Below are positions 41,578 through 49,958 of a stretch of DNA of 64,000 bases, piece after piece. Origin of the DNA: Aureliella sp. (GTDB lineage: Bacteria; Planctomycetota; Planctomycetia; Pirellulales; Pirellulaceae); the NCBI GenBank assembly GCA_963691875.1, contig OY829846.1:4128001-4192000 (forward strand), read 5' to 3'. Under the pieces are notes generated by a model, which saw nothing but the letters and a program-made list of their open reading frames with translations, was not told the DNA's origin and made no database searches. Every line of letters begins with the position of its first letter. Position 1 is the first letter of the stretch. The position numbers and the translations under genes are program-made.

Positions 41578-42573
41578 ATGAGATTGATTTCCGCCGTTCT
41601 GCTGCTATGTACTTGTAGTGTTCTTCATGCCGATACGAATGTTCGAACCATCGATTCAGGACACATTTTTATCGATGGAGTGTATCTGCCACCGCCGTAT
41701 CGAATTGAGCAGCTAAGTGTTGGCCTTCGGGTCAACCAGAAATCGGTGATTCCATTTGGGGTAGGGGCTGGTGGAGGAAAATCCAAGTGGCGTCAGCGTG
41801 GTGGTGGCAGACTGGAGCGCAACGATCACATTGGACCTCCTCCTTCGACGGACCGTGTTGCAGTCCAAACGGTGCTGCGGCAGCTTGAAAAAAACGCGAT
41901 TCTCGTGAGCTTCCGAAAGAGCACACCGGTGGTCCTTTCAGTGCCGTCGGACAAGGCAGACTTCGGGCGTTTGCTATTATCTGAAGATCGAAGTGGTTGG
42001 TCTTCGGCCTTACAGCACATCGCTATCTATCGCGATAAATCTCGGTGGCAAAAGTTTCTTACCACATTTAAGCCAAACAAAGAACTGGCTGGTCAGCTGC
42101 AAGTATTTGTCGATGAGGTCGATCAGATCGAGATTGATAATCGTAATCGCAATGCTGCGGTGCAAAGGCTGGAGTCGATGGATTACCCACTGACTGTGAT
42201 TGGGATGCTTCTCGGTGTCGTAGCTTTGGGCATCAATCTTCAGTGGTCGGCGGCTGGAATCGGGGAAGAACAGGGCACCAAGTTTCACACCTCAGCAATT
42301 TGGCTGATCTTGGGAATGTCAGTGCTTGATCTAACCTGGACGATCCTTTCTTCGCAGGCAGGCCAGATGAGTGAGATGAACCCCATGGCATCGAAGATCA
42401 TTGATTCGCCTTGGAAACTGGTTGTTTTCAAGTCGACCACCACATTGGGAGCTTGCGGAATCCTCTATCATTGGAGGCATCTTGGCAAGATTCAGCAAGC
42501 AGCTTGGTGGGCCACTTTGATATGCGTTCTTCTGACTTTTCGATGGATCATGATGGGGTCTTTCATGGTCTAA
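41578..42573 (+). CDS. signal-peptide protein with a C-terminal DUF5658-like membrane domain
   Basis: LDL.WT...G..SEMNP motif followed by TMs. Confidence 0.65.
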   Translation: MRLISAVLLLCTCSVLHADTNVRTIDSGHIFIDGVYLPPPYRIEQLSVGLRVNQKSVIPFGVGAGGGKSKWRQRGGGRLERNDHIGPPPSTDRVAVQTVLRQLEKNAILVSFRKSTPVVLSVPSDKADFGRLLLSEDRSGWSSALQHIAIYRDKSRWQKFLTTFKPNKELAGQLQVFVDEVDQIEIDNRNRNAAVQRLESMDYPLTVIGMLLGVVALGINLQWSAAGIGEEQGTKFHTSAIWLILGMSVLDLTWTILSSQAGQMSEMNPMASKIIDSPWKLVVFKSTTTLGACGILYHWRHLGKIQQAAWWATLICVLLTFRWIMMGSFMV

Positions 42574-42738
42574 GTCCTCTGGTCGTGGCGGCGTATTCTG
42601 AGCCGCGTTCTGCGAGAGCTGGGTAGAATAGCCACAGATGAAACACGGGTCCAATACAGATAACTTCAATCAGTGTTTCGTTAGTGTCATATCTATGGCT
42701 GTTTCTATTCCCTGCTGCTCCTTACTCCTCAGCTCACG

Positions 42739-43248
42739 ATGATTTTTGAAACCTCAAGACTGCTAGTTCGGAGGTTGGCAGAAACGGACTTTGACGCGTT
42801 TCATGAGATGCAATCTGATGCCGATGTAATGCGATACACTTCGGGTGAGGTGTATGACAGAGCGGAGAACATTCGGCAGTTGCAGGACTGTATCGAGTGC
42901 TACAGTGAGCCAGACAATGACTTTTGGGTGTGGGCTGTTGTTCGCAAATCAGATCAGCAGTTCGTGGGTACTTGCGCGATAGTTCCCAGCGACGGACGAC
43001 CAGAAATCGGTTATCGTTTTCTGCGCAAGCACTTTGGCAAGGGCTATGGACAAGAGGTCTGCGATGGCTTGATTGAGTATGGGATAGGTAAGATGAGTCT
43101 GTCTGAGATTGTTGCTTGGGTCGATGTCCGCAACGTGGCTTCGAGGAAGATCCTTGATCGTAGTCGCGTAATGTTTGTCGAGGAGGTTCTCACCGAGGAT
43201 GGCGCAACGGATCGTTTCTATCGATGGAGTGCTTTAAAAGGCAAATAG
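42739..43248 (+). CDS. GNAT N-acetyltransferase (RimJ/RimL type)
   Basis: ETSRLLVR, EIGYRF...FGKGYG.E and N.AS..IL motifs. Confidence 0.9.
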   Translation: MIFETSRLLVRRLAETDFDAFHEMQSDADVMRYTSGEVYDRAENIRQLQDCIECYSEPDNDFWVWAVVRKSDQQFVGTCAIVPSDGRPEIGYRFLRKHFGKGYGQEVCDGLIEYGIGKMSLSEIVAWVDVRNVASRKILDRSRVMFVEEVLTEDGATDRFYRWSALKGK

Positions 43249-43528
43249 GTTGTGCTTCGTAACGGCGCAGAGCGATGCGGTGAATGAAGGAACAATGCAA
43301 GAGAAGCGCTGAAATCGACTGGCTCTGTTCGATCAACCGCGAGTCGTATGATTTTAAGTTTCCAATTACGTTTGCCTTGGGAACCAAAGGCATGCCTGAG
43401 TTGGGAGATAATCGTAGAGTCGATTGGGAGTTAGCCGAAACTGGGACAAGTTCAGATCAATAGAGGATGCCAACATCGCCGGCTATTAGCAGCGAGTCGA
43501 TGAGAATGCAGTAGTGACCTAGAATAAG

Positions 43529-43936
43529 ATGTGGAGTACAGCGAATTACTGGTTTGATGTTTCAGTTGTTTTTGGCGTTTTTGCGATCGGAAACATATTG
43601 CTGGGGCATTTTGAAGAACACTTGCCGAAATGGAAGCGATTATTCAAATTGCTTGTGTTTCTAATCCTTGCGCTATCTCTTTCCTATTTCAATCAGCGAT
43701 GGCTTTTCTACTCTAGTTTGCTGCTATTTGCACTGGTGGCGGTCTACATTCATGTAATCTGGCTGCCGAAGAATGGGATCAACGGCTGGACGGGAGAACC
43801 GAGGGAGAAGTATCTGGACTTGGTTAAGGGGAAAAAAGCCGTAGATCTACCTCTCGGCTTTTTTAGCTCAAGCGGGCTGGGGTGGGGAACTCAAGAACGA
43901 ATTTGGTGCCGTGGCCGACTTCGCTCTGCACGCTGA
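43529..43936 (+). CDS. small hypothetical membrane protein (C-terminus uncertain)
   Basis: Three TMs, GHFEE and H..WLPKNGINGWTGEP motifs. Overlaps the convergent kinase gene by 74 bp. Confidence 0.7.
   Translation: MWSTANYWFDVSVVFGVFAIGNILLGHFEEHLPKWKRLFKLLVFLILALSLSYFNQRWLFYSSLLLFALVAVYIHVIWLPKNGINGWTGEPREKYLDLVKGKKAVDLPLGFFSSSGLGWGTQERIWCRGRLRSAR
43832..43864. terminator. bidirectional intrinsic terminator-like hairpin
   Basis: aaaaaagccg-N13-cggctttttt at the junction of convergent genes. Confidence 0.7.
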
Positions 43937-44582
43937 TGCGGCCGCCGTGAGCTTGGATGATCTTGCGAGCGGTCGGAAGGCCCAAGCCTGAGCCGCCATT
44001 CTTGGTTGTGTAGAACGGTTCGAACATTTTGAGCGCAGTTGCGTCGTCCATGCCTCGCCCGTTATCGATCAACTCCAATGCGACGCCGCGCGGAGTCGTG
44101 TAAGTACGAATGATGAACTGCCCTCGCTCGCCGTCCGCCATGGCTTCCATCGCGTTCTTGACGAGATTCATCAGCGAAGCTTGGATGGAATCACTGTGTA
44201 ATAATACGCTAGGAAGATTCGAGTCCAGATAACGGAGGATCTCGATATGGTCACGATCTGCCTGAGCCTGATAGAGTCGCAGAACCGCATCAATCTGTTC
44301 GTTTAGATTACCAGGCGTCATCTCTAGATCGCGCACACGCGAGAACCTGAGGAAGTCGCGAAGCAGGTTCTCCAGCCGCTGGCATTGTTGGCCGATCATG
44401 TCAATCTTGGCTTCGGCGCGTCGCTTACCGGGCCACTCCGTGTCGCTAAGCTCTTCGGATAGCAGCTCGGCATTCATTTTGATCACCGAGAGCGGGTTTT
44501 TGATCTCATGCGCAAGCTCGCCCGCCAACTCTGCGAGCTCGTGGTATTGCTTGAGAAGTTGACTTTCGTCCTCGTCGTCCAA
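43863..44582 (-). CDS. cytoplasmic histidine kinase (HisKA + HATPase only)
   Basis: LAHEIKNPL, NLVKNAMEA, DNGRG, FEPFYTTK and GSGLGL motifs. Confidence 0.95.
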   Translation of the reverse strand: MDDEDESQLLKQYHELAELAGELAHEIKNPLSVIKMNAELLSEELSDTEWPGKRRAEAKIDMIGQQCQRLENLLRDFLRFSRVRDLEMTPGNLNEQIDAVLRLYQAQADRDHIEILRYLDSNLPSVLLHSDSIQASLMNLVKNAMEAMADGERGQFIIRTYTTPRGVALELIDNGRGMDDATALKMFEPFYTTKNGGSGLGLPTARKIIQAHGGRISVQSEVGHGTKFVLEFPTPARLS

Positions 44583-44730
44583 GATCGAAACCTTATGTTC
44601 GTCGTTCCGCCTTCATGCGGAATGGGGAGAAGTTGTAGAATTTCAAAATGCTCGATTGGTTACTCGAGCCAGTGGTTGGCGCGTCGCACTCGTAGGGATT
44701 CACTTGCTGGCGTGTCCTTGTATTCGCTTT

Positions 44731-45906
44731 CTAGGTGGCTTTGACGGTGACCGGCAAGCGGTACCACGAGTTTTGCAGATATCCCTTGGCGTTCCAAGGC
44801 ACCCGATACGGCATGAATCCGCCGCTGCTATCCTCTGCACGCACTGCGATTTCTTTTGTCTCTTCGGTGACCTGAACGGAAGCCTTCCACAGTTGCCAGC
44901 AGAAATCGCTGTCCTCGCCAGTTAGCTCAGCCTTCTTCCAGCTCTTTCCATTGTTCACGGATACTTGGACACGTTTGACGTGACTACCGAGAATTCCAGA
45001 AGGTAGCACATAGCCGGCCAAGTCAGCCTTACCCGCCTCGAGCTCCGTGCCCTTTTCGTGGGAGCCCACCGCGGCATTGACGAGATAGCGGTAGATGGGC
45101 CCTGATTCGGACCAATCGATCGACTCGGTCCTCTTGACCAACTTGTAAGCGTTGGCCAAATAGTGATTAGGAGATGTCACATCGCTCACCACAATCTTGC
45201 CTAGCCATTTTACACTGCGAGCACCAATGTATCCAGGTACAAGTGTTCGCAAAGGATACCCGTGGTCGGCAGTGAGTGCTTCACCGTTCATCCCATAGCA
45301 GAGCAGGGCACCCACGTCGTCTCCCGCTCCCAGGGCTTTTTCAAGTGGAATGGAAGCGCCAAAAGGAATGATTCCATCGCCCTTGGTAATTTCGTCGAGA
45401 CCTTCGAACCAAACGTGCCTAGCGCTAGCTTGAACGCCGGCCTTGCCCAGAATTTCTGACAATGCGACTCCGGTCCAAGTCGCGTTGCCGATTGCACCTG
45501 CGTCCCACTGCACGCCGCCTACTTTGCCTTCCTCGTTGAATTCAGCGCGACGATTTCCAGCGCAAGTAAGTGTTGCCGTGAGGGTGTATTCTTGATGCGA
45601 TTGGATGTCCGCTAGTGAAAGCGAAAGTGGCTTGTCGACCATGCCTTCCACGGAAAGTCGGAAAGTCTTGGGGTCGATCTTGGGATTCGGCGCGTGGCTA
45701 CGGACGTAAAAGTGCTTGGTTGGCGTGATCCAGCTCGTGATCAGCTTGTTCAGGGCCGGTTCGGCATTGCGAGGATCAGTGGTGCGAAAGATGAGATCCT
45801 TTTCGGGCTCTTGAGCCTGAAGTTCGTTGGTTTGTGAGACGCCGGCCAGCAAAATTCCGCTGGACAGAATCATTTGGCGGCGGGTCAATTCTGGGGAGGA
45901 AGTCAT
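44731..45906 (-). CDS. sulfite oxidase-family molybdoenzyme with Tat signal
   Basis: TRRQMI Tat-like motif, FYVRSH, CAGNRR, HGYPLR..PGYIGARSVKWL and WN.KGY motifs. Confidence 0.93.
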   Translation of the reverse strand: MTSSPELTRRQMILSSGILLAGVSQTNELQAQEPEKDLIFRTTDPRNAEPALNKLITSWITPTKHFYVRSHAPNPKIDPKTFRLSVEGMVDKPLSLSLADIQSHQEYTLTATLTCAGNRRAEFNEEGKVGGVQWDAGAIGNATWTGVALSEILGKAGVQASARHVWFEGLDEITKGDGIIPFGASIPLEKALGAGDDVGALLCYGMNGEALTADHGYPLRTLVPGYIGARSVKWLGKIVVSDVTSPNHYLANAYKLVKRTESIDWSESGPIYRYLVNAAVGSHEKGTELEAGKADLAGYVLPSGILGSHVKRVQVSVNNGKSWKKAELTGEDSDFCWQLWKASVQVTEETKEIAVRAEDSSGGFMPYRVPWNAKGYLQNSWYRLPVTVKAT

Positions 45907-46189
45907 GTCAGTTCTCGGAGGACGTCAGAATCTAGAGGTTGGCAATTATAGCCCAGGATATTTGCACAACCATGTTTTGTCGCTGGTATCAAGATTTGCG
46001 CAAGTTTGGCGGAACACAGGGGACACCTATTTCAATTCATCTAGATGGGATCCACAGGCCCGATGCCTATGCCACTTTGGGATTGATATGGGAGTGTTCA
46101 GGCACTCGTGTTAAACTTAGCCAGCTTACCTGATTAGCCACTGTGCTCAAATCAGTGCAATTGCAACTGAACGGGAAAAGGATTTCCTT

Positions 46190-47038
46190 ATGAGTGCTCT
46201 ACCCAAGACGAATTCTCGTAGCGGTAATCAAGCGAGTCCAGCCTCTCCGGCTGGTAAGCTCAAGCTGCGCTGTCGCAGCCAGATTGTGATACCTGCTCGA
46301 TTGTCCTCCAGCCGTCTGCCCGAGAAACTGCTCCTGCGCGAGACGGGCAAGAGCGTTCTGCAGCACACGCATGAGGCAGCAAGTTCGGCTGCTCTTCCGG
46401 TGGGGATAACTGTCGCGGTAGATTGCATCCAGCTCGCTGACGAAGTGGCGACTTTCGGAGGGAATTATGTGTTCACGGATCCTGAGTTACCTAGTGGTAC
46501 GGATCGCGCTTTCGTTGCAGCCAAGCAGTTCTCCAACGTCGAAATCGTGGTGAATGTCCAAGGCGACGAGCCTGAGATTGATGGAGCCGCGATCGATCAA
46601 GTAATCGAGTTGCTGCAGTCGGACCCAAGTGCTGATGTGGCCACATTGGCAACGCCGATTCGTGAACAGGAAAAAGTTTTTGATCCAGCTTGTGTGAAGG
46701 TCGTCCGAGGGCATGACAATGAGGCGCTCTACTTCAGTCGTAGCCCGGTGCCGTTTCCACGCGATTGGAAGCCGGAGATGCTTCAGGAAGAACCGGCTTT
46801 GTTCTTACAGCATATCGGGCTCTACGCTTATCGATATGACTTCTTGATGCACCTTCATGAGTTGTCGGCTAGCCCACTGGAGGACACCGAGAAATTGGAA
46901 CAGCTTCGTTTTTTGCAGGCTGGAAAGAAGATTAAAGTTGGCTTGGTTGATGAGGCCCCCAAAGGCATCGATACGCAGGCTGACTACGATGCTTTCGTTC
47001 TACGGCATTCAATACAAGCACGTGGCGCAAGCCAATGA
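46190..47038 (+). CDS. kdsB: 3-deoxy-manno-octulosonate cytidylyltransferase
   Basis: IPARL.SSRLP.K, SGTDR, VNVQGDEP, ALYFSRSP.P, HIGLYAYR and EKLEQLR motifs. Confidence 0.96.
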   Translation: MSALPKTNSRSGNQASPASPAGKLKLRCRSQIVIPARLSSSRLPEKLLLRETGKSVLQHTHEAASSAALPVGITVAVDCIQLADEVATFGGNYVFTDPELPSGTDRAFVAAKQFSNVEIVVNVQGDEPEIDGAAIDQVIELLQSDPSADVATLATPIREQEKVFDPACVKVVRGHDNEALYFSRSPVPFPRDWKPEMLQEEPALFLQHIGLYAYRYDFLMHLHELSASPLEDTEKLEQLRFLQAGKKIKVGLVDEAPKGIDTQADYDAFVLRHSIQARGASQ

Positions 47039-47043
47039 GTCAC

Positions 47044-47070
47044 GTAGTGGAGTTCGTTAAGAGCTTCGGC
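47044..47070 (+). repeat. GTAG-type REP, family A degenerate copy
   Basis: gtagtggagttcgttaagagcttcggc just after the kdsB stop. Confidence 0.6.
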
Positions 47071-47243
47071 ATTGGAGGTAGGCGCCCCACGTTCAGGGGC
47101 TCTAGTGCGAGCCTAAAGAACCCCTAGCCAGACCGCGTTTACGGCTGATCGTTAAGCGATTCTTCCAAAGACTTGACGCCAAGAGCCGAGTGGGTACCAA
47201 TGTGTCCTTCTTTTCCGCTTAAATTATTCTGAATCGCAATGGT

Positions 47244-47567
47244 ATGACTGAATCATCGCCTCCTGACGTCAGCTTCCGAGAACTTCAATCGTTGATTCGA
47301 AGGATGTATTTCGAGAAGGACGAAGAACGCGGGGTGGACGGCACGTTCATGTGGTTGATGGAAGAAGTTGGCGAGCTGGCGGCAGCTTTGCGACAGGGCA
47401 CCCATCAAGAGAAGTGCGAGGAGTTCGCTGATGTGATTGCTTGGTTGGCCACAATCGCGAATGTTGCTGGAGTTGATCTCGGCGCTGCACTGCACGACAA
47501 GTACGGCAGTGGTTGTCCTGGCTGTGACAAGTTTGTTTGTGATTGTCCGATTGAAGAAAAGCCGTAG
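47244..47567 (+). CDS. MazG-like nucleotide pyrophosphohydrolase with a Cys-rich tail
   Basis: WLMEEVGEL, EEFADV..W and CPGC...CDC motifs. Confidence 0.88.
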   Translation: MTESSPPDVSFRELQSLIRRMYFEKDEERGVDGTFMWLMEEVGELAAALRQGTHQEKCEEFADVIAWLATIANVAGVDLGAALHDKYGSGCPGCDKFVCDCPIEEKP

Positions 47568-47650
47568 GTCGAGTCGCCAGCATTTCAGCCGTCTCGCCGC
47601 TAGCCGCGGTTCTACCGGTCTGGAACTCAGCTAACGCCGCAAGGGTTAAC

Positions 47651-48835
47651 TCACTCCTTGCCAACGCCGCGGCCGTTGCTGTACATGCGATTGAAACGTT
47701 CTAGCTCGTCGGTGCTGATCACATTGTCCAAGTTGTAGTCGATGTGAGTCATGTAAAGTGTCACGTTGCCTTTACCGAGTTCTTCGGCGGTGATCTTGCC
47801 GTCACCGTTCTTGTCTAATTTCTTCACGTCGCCAAACATGTCGTTCAGGAAAATTCCGGGGCGAGTGCTGCCGTTTCCCAGCGGTTTGGGTGTGACTGCG
47901 AACTCTTGGGTGACTGGGAAGCAAAACGTTTCCGCGTCGTCGCAAACAACGTAGTGCAGCTTAATTTGGATCGGCCCAAGATCTCCCTTGGAGTCAAAAT
48001 CGACTAAGAACATCCGGGGGTCGACATAAAACCCGAGATACATCTGGAACTTGCCGTCCACCTGTTCTGGTGTCATCTCTGCACGCAGTTTGACGTATAA
48101 AGGCCGGTTGTCGCCGATTGGCTTATACTCCAGCTTGATGGGAGTTAGGCCGCGCGGGAGCTTGATTGGCTTGACAACACCGCTGCTGACTTTTCGTGGC
48201 TCTGGGCGAAAGCGAACTGGCAGATCCTTGATCTTAGTTGGATTCTCGACGGGGCCGACCAGTTCGGTGAGATCCGCACGCAGAGTACGCGGATTACTCC
48301 AGAATCTCTGGCGCACAAATTTACCTTGTGGATCCAAGATAAATTCGCCGTTGTAAGTACCACGAAAGGCCTTGGTGGCTGCGTCGTCCATGGTGTCGCA
48401 TAGCCATGGAATTTGAGTCCCAGTCATGCGACGCGCTTCAGCGACGTGCAACAACCGCTCTGTCAGGTCGGCTGGCTCTTGGAAGTTGTTTGTTTCTGGA
48501 TGCGCGAGGCGTTTGTAGACGTAGTAGAAGTTAACTTGATCTTTGTAATCACGATAAACTGTCTCCAGACCGGAGACATTTTTAAGGAAAGGCGTTCAGG
48601 TGAGACAGCCGAACACCACGACCGTGTACTTTCCTTTTGCCCTAGCAAAACTGAATGGACGACCCTGAGCGTCGTGGAGCTCAATGTCTGGCTTTTGTCC
48701 GATCAGATTATTGCGTTTGAGAAATCGCTCATTGTAGCTCGTTTCGAATTCGGGCTGCTGCGCATTTGCGAATGAGCCGGCGAGGCTCACAAGCAGGGCG
48801 ACGACCAAGCAGATTGACTGTTTTGCATTCATCAT
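47651..48835 (-). CDS. predicted selenoprotein: exported thioredoxin-fold/deiodinase-like domain (CxxU), a Cys-pair domain and an EF-hand pair (394 aa with Sec)
   Basis: ORFs 48596-48835 and 47651-48454 share a frame with only the TGA at 48596-48598 between them. Read-through gives VVVFGCLT-U-TPF...FYYVYKRLAHPE. A SECIS-like hairpin follows the TGA. Confidence 0.88.
48560..48578 (-). promoter_or_regulatory. bacterial SECIS-like hairpin
   Basis: mRNA UGUCUCC-GGUCU-GGAGACA forms a perfect 7-bp stem with a G-initiated, GU-containing loop that begins 24 nt after the UGA. Confidence 0.8.
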
Positions 48836-48962
48836 TGATCCATTGGTGCAGAAATGACTCGCGTGCGTGATAAGGTACCAAACCGTAAATCAGCCGGACC
48901 GTTTGCTCAACGTAAAAGCTGGCGTGAGCGTGAATTCTCTTATAGTTATGATGCCCAAATGG

Positions 48963-49958
48963 CTATTCCTGTTGACTTGAGAATTGCTGCCGGACGACCC
49001 TTCCGTCGCGCCCTCCCACCGCCAAGCTGCCGTCAGGGTGAAGTGCAAGTGAGTAGGCCCAATCAGAAAAGGCGCGTTTGGATTCCTGCTGCAAGATCTC
49101 AACCGTGTCAGGATCGATCGGGTAGACGACACCATCTTCGCAAGCAGCAAAGATTCTCGTTCCGGCTTTATTCCAGCAAATGTCTAGGGGCTTCGATGGT
49201 AGTCGGGCAAAGCGAACCAAGCGTCCGATGCTTGGCTGCCACAGACGTATCGTCTTGTCTATGCTGGCCGAGGCAATCATGGGCAGCGGCGCTGCTCCGG
49301 GACGGAGAGCGAGCTTTCGGACAGCTTGTTTATGGTTCGTCAGACTCCTCAAAACTTTGCCATCGGCCCAATTCCAAACTCGAATGCTTTGGTCCAGACC
49401 GCTGCTGGCCAGGAGGTCTTTTAGAGGCAGGTAGCAAAGAGTAACAACTCCGCGCGAATGGCCCTCGAGACGCCGCCGGATCTCACCGGAAACGACGTCG
49501 AGTTCGGCGATTCCATAGTCCAAGCTGGCGCTGATCACCGAAGTATTGTTCACCCAGCAAAGTTGCATGGCGACGTCCTCGTGGGCTTCGATCAGCGCTG
49601 TTGAATGGCCCTCTGGCCAGGAGAAAAGTTCGATACCACCTGTTTCGGCGGGAGCACCTCCCGCAACGGCTAGCTGACTGCCAGACGGAGAAAATTGGAG
49701 GTCGTGCAGGTTGGGAAACTTGGATTCGATTGTTCGCAGCAGCTTGAGTTCAGGCCAAGAGTAGATGTGAACTCCGACTTGAGAGCAGCAAAGCACCTCG
49801 TTCCGTGAAGGTGAAAACTCCAAAGCAACGACAGGGGGAAGGATCGGAGGGGCCTGAGCCCAGCAATGCTGATCCGCTGAGCCGAAAACAATCAGAGTTA
49901 CGATCGTCAGCAGAGATCGTAAGGAGAGCCTCCGATACCAACGTTCGAGATGGTTCAC
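48963..49958 (-). CDS. WD40-repeat protein
   Basis: AHEDV, GHSRGV...SSGLDQSIRVWN and SASIDKTIRLWQ repeats. Confidence 0.92.
   Translation of the reverse strand: MNHLERWYRRLSLRSLLTIVTLIVFGSADQHCWAQAPPILPPVVALEFSPSRNEVLCCSQVGVHIYSWPELKLLRTIESKFPNLHDLQFSPSGSQLAVAGGAPAETGGIELFSWPEGHSTALIEAHEDVAMQLCWVNNTSVISASLDYGIAELDVVSGEIRRRLEGHSRGVVTLCYLPLKDLLASSGLDQSIRVWNWADGKVLRSLTNHKQAVRKLALRPGAAPLPMIASASIDKTIRLWQPSIGRLVRFARLPSKPLDICWNKAGTRIFAACEDGVVYPIDPDTVEILQQESKRAFSDWAYSLALHPDGSLAVGGRDGRVVRQQFSSQQE

Noticed and set aside
43249..43528. Possible gene remnant between the GNAT and membrane protein genes
   Set aside because: No recognisable motif in any frame.
48854..49444. 196-aa plus-strand ORF, and the many similar antisense ORFs in the track
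   Set aside because: They lie opposite well-supported genes and have no motifs, consistent with shadow ORFs.
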